A DNA stretch of 64,000 nt. Origin: Bacteroidales bacterium. GTDB taxonomy: Bacteria; Bacteroidota; Bacteroidia; Bacteroidales; F082. The position numbers and the translations under genes are program-made. The stretch is from the NCBI GenBank assembly GCA_017645275.1, contig JAGCPH010000037.1, forward strand, positions 29,783 through 93,782, read 5' to 3'. Below, piece after piece: positions 53,332-62,122 of the stretch. Within the stretch, counting starts at the first letter, position 1. Every line of letters starts with the position of its first letter. The notes beneath the pieces were generated by a model. The model was not told where the DNA came from, searched no databases, and saw only the letters and a program-made list of their open reading frames with translations.

Positions 53332-54177
53332 TTACACAAATAATTCTCCTTTTGCCAAAATATAGGCGCTCCCGCCGACGTAAATCGTGCCGTTTTCAGC
53401 GATGCGGGTCATGATGACGGAAGGTCGGCCCATCGCTTCGCCTTGCAAGAATGAGAAATGCCCTTTTGCAGGAATGACGCCGTTTACCGAAAGATAATGC
53501 GTCAAAGCGGCATTGGCAGTGCCTGTCGCCGACTCTTCGGGGATGTCGTATAAAGGAGCGAAGTCGCGGACATGCGCCGTGTGGCCGTCGCCGCCGAAAG
53601 CGAATACGTGGAAACTCACAGCGTTATGCTTTTTCGTGATGGCGGAAACAGCCCCCATGTCGGGTCGCAGGCTGTTGAGCGTGGCGACATCCGCTACTTG
53701 TATCATGAAATCGGGCAAGCCTGTCGAGACGATTTGTATTGGTAAGTTTGGAGTTGTGCCGCCTAACTCCAATGCCCGATATATTTCTTCAGTGTTTTCA
53801 ATGGTTTCCACAATTTTCGGTGTCGCCATCTGCATCATCACGCGCTCCCCAACTTCTATGGTGAGGTCGCCGGCTTTAGTGTGACAGAGACATGACCCAG
53901 CAGCCAGTTTCATGCTATGAAGCAACGCAAACGTCGCGATAGTGGCGTGACCGCAAAGGTCAACTTCAGCCTTCGGGGTGAAATACCGCGCAGTGTATTC
54001 ATTTTCAGAATGCCTCAAAACGAAAGCCGTCTCCGAATATCGCAGCTCGGCAGCAATTTTAATCATCAAATCCTCTTCAGGAAAAATGTCTTCCTCAAGA
54101 AGCACCACTCCAGCAGGATTTCCGCCGAAAGGCTGGCTTGTGAAAGCGTCAACGATATGATAGCTAAGCTTTTTCAT
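53332..54177 (-). CDS. PhzF family isomerase
   Basis: MKKLSYHIVDAFTSQPFGGNPAGVV...SETAFV...DLCGHATIA. Confidence 0.85.
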   Translation of the reverse strand: MKKLSYHIVDAFTSQPFGGNPAGVVLLEEDIFPEEDLMIKIAAELRYSETAFVLRHSENEYTARYFTPKAEVDLCGHATIATFALLHSMKLAAGSCLCHTKAGDLTIEVGERVMMQMATPKIVETIENTEEIYRALELGGTTPNLPIQIVSTGLPDFMIQVADVATLNSLRPDMGAVSAITKKHNAVSFHVFAFGGDGHTAHVRDFAPLYDIPEESATGTANAALTHYLSVNGVIPAKGHFSFLQGEAMGRPSVIMTRIAENGTIYVGGSAYILAKGELFV

Positions 54178-54262
54178 AATACTTTATTGAAACAGTTACC
54201 CCATCACCACATCAAGCACCATCATCAGCATATTTTTTCCTCTGCAAAGATATAAAAAATTT

Positions 54263-56302
54263 TTAACCTGCGTAACTATGCATTCCGCCTAAAATATAAT
54301 TTACGCCGAAATAGGTCATCAGAACGCTGAGGAATGCGAATATGCAGAAGATATGGAAATTCATCGGTTTTTGCAACCCCGGCGCCATGGTTTTATGCAA
54401 TGCGGTGGCGTAAACCATCAACGTGATCAGCGACCATGTCTCCTTCGGATCCCAGCCCCAGTAGGTGCCCCACGAGATGTTGGCCCACATCGCCCCGATG
54501 ATGATGCCGAAAGCGAGGCACATCACAGCAGGATAAAGCATCCCGCGTGAAATCTCAGCCATACGCTCGATCTCTTCCGAAGCGTTTTTGTTGAAAATGC
54601 GTACAATAACAGCCGCCAAACCGTTGATAAACATGAAGCCCAGCAAAGCGTATGCAATCATGATGACTGCCACGTGCAAGCCCAAGAGCGGCGACGAAAG
54701 CACCGGCACCAGCGGCGTGATCTTCGGGTTGGCAGAGCTCATCACCGCAACGAGCATCATCAAACCGCCGACAATCATGCCTGTAGCGACGATGTTGACG
54801 CCGTTTTTACGCCTCATGGCAACGATGCCTGCTATCAACAGCGACACCCACGCCATGAAATGCTGTGTCTCGGCGCTCTTCGCCAACGGGATGTGCCCCG
54901 CCACAATCCAACGGAGTATTATCAAAAATGTCAAAAATGCAAAGATAATCCAATTGATTGATACTGAAACAGTTGTAATCCGTTTCGGAATCTGCTTTCC
55001 AATGGCGGTATAAACGCAGAAAATCACGAAAAACAGCAGCCCGAAGCACAACATAAAGTATGCCACATAGTTGTATTTTGCCCAAACGTTGTAGGTTTTC
55101 TCGGTCTTAAACCTGAAATCCGAAGGCAAAGAACCTGCGCCGTTTTTCTGCTGATATGCCTTGATTTTCAATAAAGTCTCCGAAAAAGCGGCATAGTCTT
55201 GTTTTACAACCAACTCATTGAGATAACTTATTGATTTTCTGATAAATACCCACTCTTCTTCGCTCACATTTTCTGGAAGGTTGTCGTTCGGACTAACCCA
55301 TTTCACAGTACCATCTGGCATCTGGATGGGGAAAATCTTCATCATAGCGCCGGTCAGGAACGACTCGACCAGATGTTTCACCTCGTCGCGCTTACTCTTC
55401 TGACGCTCAGTGCCTTTCCAGTAATTCGGGTAAAACATCCAGCCTGCCAAGATCTGTTCCGAAGTGTAGCCTTCGTATTTAGGTTTTCCGTATAGTTTGC
55501 AGGCAAAATCTTTCGCAAAGCTTTGCATTGGCGCGATGCGGCCGCTGTTGTAGATGTAGATGTCGCCCAAATCGGCAGCCACGTCTTTCGGCAAAGTCTT
55601 GAGCTCTGCAGCCGTGGCAAAGCCACCTATCATCATCATTATCAATAAGATAGCGAAATTTTTCGACTTTGGCACGGTTTTTGTAGTAATTTTCTTTATG
55701 AACAAAACCAACATGGATATAATCATCAGAATATATCCAATGTAAGTCACTGTGATGCCCCATGGGTCGTGCTGCACCGTCAAAGTGACACCGCCCAAAT
55801 CTTCGTCGAAGTCTTCGTTGAAGAAACGGAAACCTTTGTATTTCAATATGTTATTCATTGAGATTTTACCTTCTTTGAGGATGTTGCCGTCGTCGGAAAT
55901 CACCACATTCGACACGTAGTCGGCGTGTGACATGGTGCCCGGGTAGTAGACAACATCAAAACTTTTCAAGGTCACATAAAATGGCATTTGGATTTGGTCT
56001 TTACCAATTTTAAAAGTGTTAACCGACTCATTCTCAGCGATATGCATATTTCCATTCTGACTTGTGGTGAATGTCAGCAAGCCGCCGAGCAAAATTATCA
56101 GAATCGAGGCATGGATGCCGAAAACCAGCATGTTTTTCCACATTTTTGTCTTGACAATATTGTACAAAACCGATGCGGCGAACACGAACAATAGTGTCAC
56201 GAACCACCATTTGTCGTAGATGGGTGTTTTTACCAATGTGCTGATAATCATCACTATGATTGTTACAATCCAGATTATCAAGGATGCTTTGTTGTTTTTC
56301 AT
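54263..56302 (-). CDS. ccsA: cytochrome c biogenesis protein, fused ResB/CcsB-CcsA (CcsBA)
   Basis: 679 aa and polytopic. Trp-rich heme-handling motif WANISWGTYWGWDPKETWSLITLMVY. Confidence 0.85.
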   Translation of the reverse strand: MKNNKASLIIWIVTIIVMIISTLVKTPIYDKWWFVTLLFVFAASVLYNIVKTKMWKNMLVFGIHASILIILLGGLLTFTTSQNGNMHIAENESVNTFKIGKDQIQMPFYVTLKSFDVVYYPGTMSHADYVSNVVISDDGNILKEGKISMNNILKYKGFRFFNEDFDEDLGGVTLTVQHDPWGITVTYIGYILMIISMLVLFIKKITTKTVPKSKNFAILLIMMMIGGFATAAELKTLPKDVAADLGDIYIYNSGRIAPMQSFAKDFACKLYGKPKYEGYTSEQILAGWMFYPNYWKGTERQKSKRDEVKHLVESFLTGAMMKIFPIQMPDGTVKWVSPNDNLPENVSEEEWVFIRKSISYLNELVVKQDYAAFSETLLKIKAYQQKNGAGSLPSDFRFKTEKTYNVWAKYNYVAYFMLCFGLLFFVIFCVYTAIGKQIPKRITTVSVSINWIIFAFLTFLIILRWIVAGHIPLAKSAETQHFMAWVSLLIAGIVAMRRKNGVNIVATGMIVGGLMMLVAVMSSANPKITPLVPVLSSPLLGLHVAVIMIAYALLGFMFINGLAAVIVRIFNKNASEEIERMAEISRGMLYPAVMCLAFGIIIGAMWANISWGTYWGWDPKETWSLITLMVYATALHKTMAPGLQKPMNFHIFCIFAFLSVLMTYFGVNYILGGMHSYAG

Positions 56303-56331
56303 TGAGCCAAAGTTTTAAATGTTTGTTACGG

Positions 56332-56364
56332 TTCGCAGAGACGCGCAATGCGCGTCTCTGCGAA
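56332..56364. repeat. family E palindrome ttcgcagagacgcgcaatgcgcgtctctgcgaa
   Basis: 15-bp stem immediately downstream of the di-heme gene stop. Probable terminator hairpin. Confidence 0.7.
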
Positions 56365-56387
56365 TCCGCAAAAATAATGTTTTTTAT

Positions 56388-58007
56388 TTAAATAGCTTCA
56401 ATAAATTTCACGACGGCGTCTCTGTCTTGTTTCGACAGCTGGCGGAATTTCTCCACGGTGCGGCGTGCGTCGCTTTGTGGGTTACCGTGCCACATGATGG
56501 CCTCGATGACCGTTTGTGCGCGGCAGTCATGCAACCTGTCGCTCGAACCGGTGCAGATGGCCGACAGTCCGCGACCCCACAACGGGGTAGTGCGGCACCA
56601 TCCGGTGCGTATGTCGTTCTCCATATGGAGCTTGTGCTGGATGTAGTCGCTGTAAGGCCAAATCTTCTGGTGCGGATAACGTGGCAGACGTGAGTCGGCG
56701 TCGGCAAAGAATCCTGCCGGGTCGGTGAACACGTCGTCGCCAGTCTCCCACGACGGACGGTGGCAGTAGGCGCAGCCCATCTCGGTGAAGAGCTCACGAC
56801 CACGCTGTACCTCAGGATCATCGAGGTTACGTGCTGCCGGGACAGCCAAGCCACGATGCCATACCATGAAGTTGACGTAGTCCTCGTCTTTCATCTCAGG
56901 GACCTTCATATCCGCAGGAATCTGGTCGTTCATCATCAAGTAGTTGTAGATGTCGGCTTCAACATCTCCCGTGAGGTTGTACTGTGGGAAGTAGTTATAG
57001 AACTCGGCCTGCACGTCAGGGTCTTGCGATGCCTTGGTGGCGTAAGCCGCTGTCATGTAATGTCCCATCTTGGTGCGGTGCGTCACGTTGGTGATGTTCC
57101 AGATGGCGTTGGCGCCTGGAGCATCCTGAAGCGGACCGCGTGTAAGGGCGTAGGTGTAACGCTTCGGGTGGTTTGTGTTGCCGTACAAGCCAGTAGGAGC
57201 CCAGTCGTTGCCAGCCCACATGCCCGGATTGATGCCGTTCTGCATGTAGCCGTCGGTGAACTCTTTCTGATACTGTGCCTTCAGCGAGTCATCAGGGATA
57301 GCGTCGATCAAGCCAGTGCCGTAGATGCCGATAGTAGACTCCAATCTGCATACGAACTCATTGTAAGAGATAGGGTTACCGCCCACTTCGAGAGGCACGT
57401 AGAATGCATCCTCAGGGATGTAGACCTCAGGATAGGTGAGGCTGTAGGTCTCGCCATCGTCGAAACGGTTGCCCCACTCGTCGGTGTAGTTAAGCCAGCT
57501 GATCTGGATCTTCGTCTCATCCAATGGTGCCTTGAACGGCGCGACAGCCTTAGTCTGTGGCATGCCGGTGTACGAGCTGAGGTAGGTGTCGTTTCTGTCA
57601 GTGAACACCAACAGATAGCCGTTGCCCCAGTCGTCGGCGCGATAGCGGTTCATACGCATTCCGTGACCGTAGCCTGGATGGCAGGCGATGCACGAGCTGC
57701 GGATGTAAAGAGGTCCCAAGCCGTTGAACGGCTCGTTGTTTTGAGTGTAGGTGCGCTCGAAGAAGTACTCGCCATACTTGAACTGTGCCGTCAGTCCGGC
57801 GTTCACAGTGGCTGGAGTAGGGTCTTCGTAGGCCGTCTGGGTGTTGTTGAACGTGGTGCCCAACTCACCGCCGGCGTAAGTGCCCTCCACTACGGCTGGA
57901 GTCGGCGTAGGCGCAGGGGTGCTCTTGTTTTCTTTCTTGCAAGATGCCACACCCAATGCCAGCAATCCGGCTGCAGCAAAAAGTGTTAATTGATTGAATT
58001 TAAACAT
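56388..58007 (-). CDS. di-heme c-type oxidoreductase (DUF1111 / thiol-oxidoreductase-like) lipoprotein
   Basis: Lipobox GVASCKK and two CxxCH motifs (CIACH, CAYCH). Confidence 0.8.
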   Translation of the reverse strand: MFKFNQLTLFAAAGLLALGVASCKKENKSTPAPTPTPAVVEGTYAGGELGTTFNNTQTAYEDPTPATVNAGLTAQFKYGEYFFERTYTQNNEPFNGLGPLYIRSSCIACHPGYGHGMRMNRYRADDWGNGYLLVFTDRNDTYLSSYTGMPQTKAVAPFKAPLDETKIQISWLNYTDEWGNRFDDGETYSLTYPEVYIPEDAFYVPLEVGGNPISYNEFVCRLESTIGIYGTGLIDAIPDDSLKAQYQKEFTDGYMQNGINPGMWAGNDWAPTGLYGNTNHPKRYTYALTRGPLQDAPGANAIWNITNVTHRTKMGHYMTAAYATKASQDPDVQAEFYNYFPQYNLTGDVEADIYNYLMMNDQIPADMKVPEMKDEDYVNFMVWHRGLAVPAARNLDDPEVQRGRELFTEMGCAYCHRPSWETGDDVFTDPAGFFADADSRLPRYPHQKIWPYSDYIQHKLHMENDIRTGWCRTTPLWGRGLSAICTGSSDRLHDCRAQTVIEAIMWHGNPQSDARRTVEKFRQLSKQDRDAVVKFIEAI

Positions 58008-58024
58008 ATTAAGATTAGTTTAGG

Positions 58025-59194
58025 TTAGTTGTCTTGGATAGCGACTTTTGCCTCTGCAAGCACATCTGAAAGCTCCTGGCATGCATCCATAGCCTCGCCT
58101 GCACTCGGGTCCGCATAGTTGTTCACAAATGGAGCAGCCATATTGTTGATCTTGGTAAGTGCGTTGTTGATAGCCTCAATGATTCTGCCATCCAACTGAG
58201 CATCAATGCCTTGCACGTATGCGTGGAGCGACTTGCTCTCGTCATGTTCGCCCTCGTTGCCGCCCATGTATGCGTTTTTGACAGAGGTGATGTTGTCGAA
58301 AAAGTCAAGAATCGACTTCTGGCTGTATGGCGACTCGACGTATGTAGGGTCCTCGCCGGTGTGTGGCTTGCCGATCTTCGATGTGCCGACCTCATCAGAG
58401 ATGTCGATGCTGCCGTCGATAATCGACTGAAGCGCCTGTGTGAGTGTCACGTAGGTGCTGCCAGCCTGTCCAGCCTTCTGCATGTTCTCGCTGTAGCTGA
58501 AGTCGCCGCCGTTGACGGTAGTGTTGAATTCAAGCTCTTCCATCAATGCGACGTGTGATGCAGGAGCGGCGTCACCCACCCAGCTCACCTCGAGTTGGAA
58601 GCAGCGGTTGCGGAGGTCGCCTGCCACCGCCACAGCATAAATCATGTAGTCGTTGGTGATCTCTGCCACCGGGCGTGCCTGACCGTCACGGAAAAGGATA
58701 TACTCGATGCCGTGGAAGCCGAGGAGGGCGTTGCCAAGCTGCTCGCCAGCCACGATGTCGCCGTCTTCAGTGTCCAAAGCGGCCAACATGCTTGGACTTG
58801 CCATGAGGTTGTTGAAAGCGTCCTCATCAAGCGGCCATGAGTCGATATGCGGGTCGATGCCAAAGTCGGAGGCGGCACCAAACAAAAACGCCTCGCTCAT
58901 CTCCCACCAGTGACGTGCCTCGAGGAACGACTCTGTAGCTTTGTTGACGTTGGCCTGGGTCATATCACCTTTCAAAGTCTTGAGGTCGTTGACGAGCTCG
59001 TCGCTGTACAACGCCAGCTTGGTGTAAGTCGGAGCCACAGTGTGGTTCAAAAACTGGTTGATGATGGTGGTCTTGACAGCGTTGGTGTCTGTTGCAGGTT
59101 CTGGATCTGATTTACTCTTTTTGCATGAGTTGAAGCTCATTGCGAACAATGCTGAAAATGCTATCAGCAAAGTGGTTTTGAAGAATTTTTTCAT
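58025..59194 (-). CDS. imelysin family lipoprotein
   Basis: Lipobox SFNSCKK. All-helical sequence sitting next to a DUF1111 gene, as in known imelysin loci. Family recalled, not verified. Confidence 0.6.
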   Translation of the reverse strand: MKKFFKTTLLIAFSALFAMSFNSCKKSKSDPEPATDTNAVKTTIINQFLNHTVAPTYTKLALYSDELVNDLKTLKGDMTQANVNKATESFLEARHWWEMSEAFLFGAASDFGIDPHIDSWPLDEDAFNNLMASPSMLAALDTEDGDIVAGEQLGNALLGFHGIEYILFRDGQARPVAEITNDYMIYAVAVAGDLRNRCFQLEVSWVGDAAPASHVALMEELEFNTTVNGGDFSYSENMQKAGQAGSTYVTLTQALQSIIDGSIDISDEVGTSKIGKPHTGEDPTYVESPYSQKSILDFFDNITSVKNAYMGGNEGEHDESKSLHAYVQGIDAQLDGRIIEAINNALTKINNMAAPFVNNYADPSAGEAMDACQELSDVLAEAKVAIQDN

Positions 59195-59235
59195 GATACT
59201 ATAATTTATAATTTGTTAATAATCAAATTGATTGT

Positions 59236-59292
59236 CCGGTGCGCGGCCTTAATGGCATTAAGGGCCTTAATGGCGTTAAGGGCGGCGCAATC
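59236..59292. repeat. family B hairpin cluster
   Basis: ccggtgcgcggccttaatggcattaagggccttaatggcgttaagggcggcgcaatc. Confidence 0.75.
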
Positions 59293-60607
59293 ATCTCACA
59301 AAGAATCCACTATACGCCACACCGATATTCACCATCGGCTCATTGTTATACTGCGCCTTCAGGAATCTTTCCGAAAACTCGGCTTTTATCACAACCTGCT
59401 TGATCGGATAATAATTCAAACCAGCTGTCACCACATGGCGTTCTGTCCAGTCGTACATGGTGATGGCACCTTCGTAAGGGATGTAGCTGTCGTAGTAGTC
59501 ATAGCGTCCGAAAACAAAGAGCTGGCGTTCGCCGGTGCGTCTCATGCCATGGAAGATGTCGTAAGCCACCTCGCCGCCAATAGCCACGGCCTCCTCTCCC
59601 ACCAACGAGCGCGGATAAGGCGAAAAACTCTGGTGGTTCTGATTTTTATTATAGGTGGAGATGACATCGGCGTCATTGAGATGACCGTAGTCGAAGTTGC
59701 CTCTCACGATGAAACCGTGTGCCTTGTAGTCAAACTCGGCAGTGCCAATCAAGACAGTGCCTTTCACATTTTTATATTTGTCGGCCTCGTTGGTCACGAT
59801 GTCGTTGTTGAACGAGTTGCCGATGTAGCCGCTCACGCCGATATGCAGGCCCTTAATCGAGTAATTATCAATGCGTAACGCTCCAGCAAGCTTGCTTGCG
59901 ACCTTAAATTCATATGGCGATGCGGCACCGTTTTTCACCCAGTTGGCGTTGTTGAACATGTTGGAGTTCAGGCCTGGCACGACCACTGCCTCGTAGCGCC
60001 ATTTCCCGATTTTTCCCCAGATGCTGACGCCTGTTTCGTGCCATGTGTTCGGCATGATGGTGAACTCGCCCTCAGGACGGTAGCAGGTGAAAAACTGCGT
60101 CGGAAGGTGTGCGTAATTGGTCTGCCCGACAGGCACTATAATGTGTCCCATCCTGATATTCAATGCATTACAGAACGATTTCTGAAGCCAGAACTGCTCA
60201 AGTGCAACCTCGCCGCCACGTTCAATCTCATGCTCGAACTCGCCAGTCTCCTCGGCCTCAATCTCGATGGCCACCTCGTTGCCGCCGTGCTCGAACTCGA
60301 TCTCGCTACCCATCGTCCAGCCGTGACCGAAGTCATACCCGATATTGATGACCACGTGCGGCAGGTCGACGCGACCGTATCCGTCGGAGTTTTTGTAACG
60401 CTCAGGATGCGAGTAGCGGAACATGTTGTCGCTATAGAAAGTGCGTGTGTAGACCGCCTCGCCATAGCCTCCGATGGTTAGTCTTGATTTTGTAACTTTT
60501 TGGTTTTCAGTTCGAATCGTGTCGTTTTCAGCAGCCATCGCATTTTCCGTCAAGGAAAAAACAAAAATGGCCGTAAGTGTTAAAATTGATAAAAAAAGCC
60601 TTTTCAT
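59291..60607 (-). CDS. outer-membrane beta-barrel protein (porin-like), first gene of the imelysin cluster
   Basis: Signal peptide, alternating beta-strand pattern, aromatic-rich C-terminus. Confidence 0.6.
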   Translation of the reverse strand: MKRLFLSILTLTAIFVFSLTENAMAAENDTIRTENQKVTKSRLTIGGYGEAVYTRTFYSDNMFRYSHPERYKNSDGYGRVDLPHVVINIGYDFGHGWTMGSEIEFEHGGNEVAIEIEAEETGEFEHEIERGGEVALEQFWLQKSFCNALNIRMGHIIVPVGQTNYAHLPTQFFTCYRPEGEFTIMPNTWHETGVSIWGKIGKWRYEAVVVPGLNSNMFNNANWVKNGAASPYEFKVASKLAGALRIDNYSIKGLHIGVSGYIGNSFNNDIVTNEADKYKNVKGTVLIGTAEFDYKAHGFIVRGNFDYGHLNDADVISTYNKNQNHQSFSPYPRSLVGEEAVAIGGEVAYDIFHGMRRTGERQLFVFGRYDYYDSYIPYEGAITMYDWTERHVVTAGLNYYPIKQVVIKAEFSERFLKAQYNNEPMVNIGVAYSGFFVR

Positions 60608-60725
60608 ATTTAAAAAATAACGCGTTTATTCATAATGCGAAAATACATCATACAAACGCGCGGCTCTATCCCCTTTTTTGGGGATATTTTTCAAAAAAGG
60701 TAGTAAAAAATGGTGATGTTCCCGG

Positions 60726-61119
60726 TTATTTGTCTTTGTATTCCTCCCGAGCCTGTTTGATCAGCGCATCAACCTCGTAGGATTCCTTAAGCATCTCACC
60801 GACCTTAATCCAATAGTCATCGTCTTTTTCATCGTTATTAACATACAGCTTGCTGAATTCTTCCACTTCCTCCTCGGTGATGTTCATCATTTTCATGCAG
60901 TTGTTGCGATGATCTTTCATGTCCTCCAGATAAACGAAATTATCAAAAGCATAATCGTATAAGTTGACGAGAAAATCTTTTCCGTGGTTTCCTGAAACTT
61001 TGTGGTCGATTTTGTCATTGCACCGATAATCTTGTTACGCAGGCTGTCGAAGTCGTAAATCAGCATCATCACCATCTCTTTCTTGGCGGCTTTTTCTGGT
61101 TGTTATTTTTGTTTTCCAT
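60726..61119 (-). pseudogene. small (~130 codon) gene broken by two frameshifts at poly-A runs
   Basis: The ATG at 61119 gives MENKNNNQKK. The -1 frame gives AAKKEMVMMLIYDFDSLRNKIIGAMTK. A third frame gives IDHKVSGNHGKDFLVNLYDYAFDNFVYLEDMKDHRNNCMKMMNITEEEVEEF...EEYKDK. An intact -7 box lies at 61143-61150. Confidence 0.55.
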
Positions 61120-61142
61120 ATTCATTTCTAAGATTTACGTTG

Positions 61143-61150
61143 CAAAGATA
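61143..61150 (-). promoter_or_regulatory. -7 box TAtcTTTG (minus strand)
   Basis: Forward caaagata, 24 nt upstream of the ATG at 61119. Confidence 0.5.
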
Positions 61151-61191
61151 TAAAAATTTTGTGCTTTTACATAATGTTCAAAATTTTGCAA

Positions 61192-61224
61192 TAAAAAAAC
61201 GCTGACTCATTAAGAATCAGCGTT
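61192..61224 (-). terminator. rho-independent terminator after tRNA-Phe
   Basis: The aacgctga...tcagcgtt hairpin is followed on the minus strand by a T-run (forward aaaaaaa at 61192-61199). Confidence 0.7.
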
Positions 61225-61229
61225 TTGCG

Positions 61230-61302
<73 letters not shown>

Positions 61303-61316
61303 CCTTTTTCGCGCTG

Positions 61317-61324
61317 CAAAAATA
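61317..61324 (-). promoter_or_regulatory. -7 box TAttTTTG (minus strand) for tRNA-Phe
   Basis: Forward caaaaata, ~15 nt upstream of the tRNA 5' end. T6-G-A5 tract at 61349-61360. Confidence 0.55.
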
Positions 61325-61390
61325 CAACATTTTTTTATTCCCACAACATTTTTTGAAAAATATTTTTTATTTTTGCATTTTCTTTTGATT

Positions 61391-62122
61391 ATGAACGACA
61401 TTCTAACCATCGATATCGGCAATACCAAAGCGAAATACGCCGTGTTTCACGATAAAATCATCGTCGAATCCAACGTTTTTCAACCCGAAAGCGACGACCT
61501 CAAGCAGCTTTTGGCAAAATATCCTTATATTAATAAAGGTATAATATCATCCGTCGGCGGAAAAACCAAAGAGTGCCTCGCACAACTCGAAAACATCAAA
61601 ATGCTGGTGCTCTCAAGCGAAACCAAACTCCCTTTCGCGCTGACATACAAAAATAAAAACCAGATAGGAGCCGACCGCATCGCCCTTGTCGCCGCCGCCT
61701 ACGCCGAAAAACCACACCAAAACAGCCTCGTCATCGACATCGGGACATGCATCACCTACGACATCCTCACCGACGACGACCGTCACCTCTGTGGACCGAT
61801 AAGCCCCGGCATGAACCTGCGCTTCAAAGCAATGCACGAACATACCGCCCTGCTCCCACTCTGCACACCAACAACCGACGAGCTCAAAATCATCTGCGAC
61901 AACACCGTCGAATGCCTCCACAGCGGCGTGCAACTCGGAGTTATACACGAAATAAAAGAATTTATCAACCTTTACTCATTGAAATTCAACGACTTAAACG
62001 TTTTCATATCAGGAGGTGACAATATTTTCTTGCAAAATAAGTTAAATTCTTGTATCTTTGCAAGTTCAAACTTTATGTTTAACGGCTTAAGATTGATTTT
62101 GGAATATAATGATATTCAATAA
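61391..62122 (+). CDS. coaX: type III pantothenate kinase
   Basis: MNDILTIDIGNTKAKYAVF...GADRIA...DIGTCITYD. A -7 box tatttttg lies at 61368-61375. Confidence 0.9.
   Translation: MNDILTIDIGNTKAKYAVFHDKIIVESNVFQPESDDLKQLLAKYPYINKGIISSVGGKTKECLAQLENIKMLVLSSETKLPFALTYKNKNQIGADRIALVAAAYAEKPHQNSLVIDIGTCITYDILTDDDRHLCGPISPGMNLRFKAMHEHTALLPLCTPTTDELKIICDNTVECLHSGVQLGVIHEIKEFINLYSLKFNDLNVFISGGDNIFLQNKLNSCIFASSNFMFNGLRLILEYNDIQ

Noticed and set aside
7091-59292. Numerous short repeats and hairpins could indicate a CRISPR array.
   Set aside because: No regularly spaced identical repeats with unique spacers exist. Copies are dispersed singly or in twos and belong to five different families. No cas genes are present.
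60667-60686. The hairpin tatcccc-tttttt-ggggata, followed by a T-run on the plus strand, looks like a plus-strand terminator.
   Set aside because: No plus-strand gene or promoter lies upstream of it. It may serve bidirectionally for the minus-strand gene ending at 60726. The evidence is insufficient to call it.
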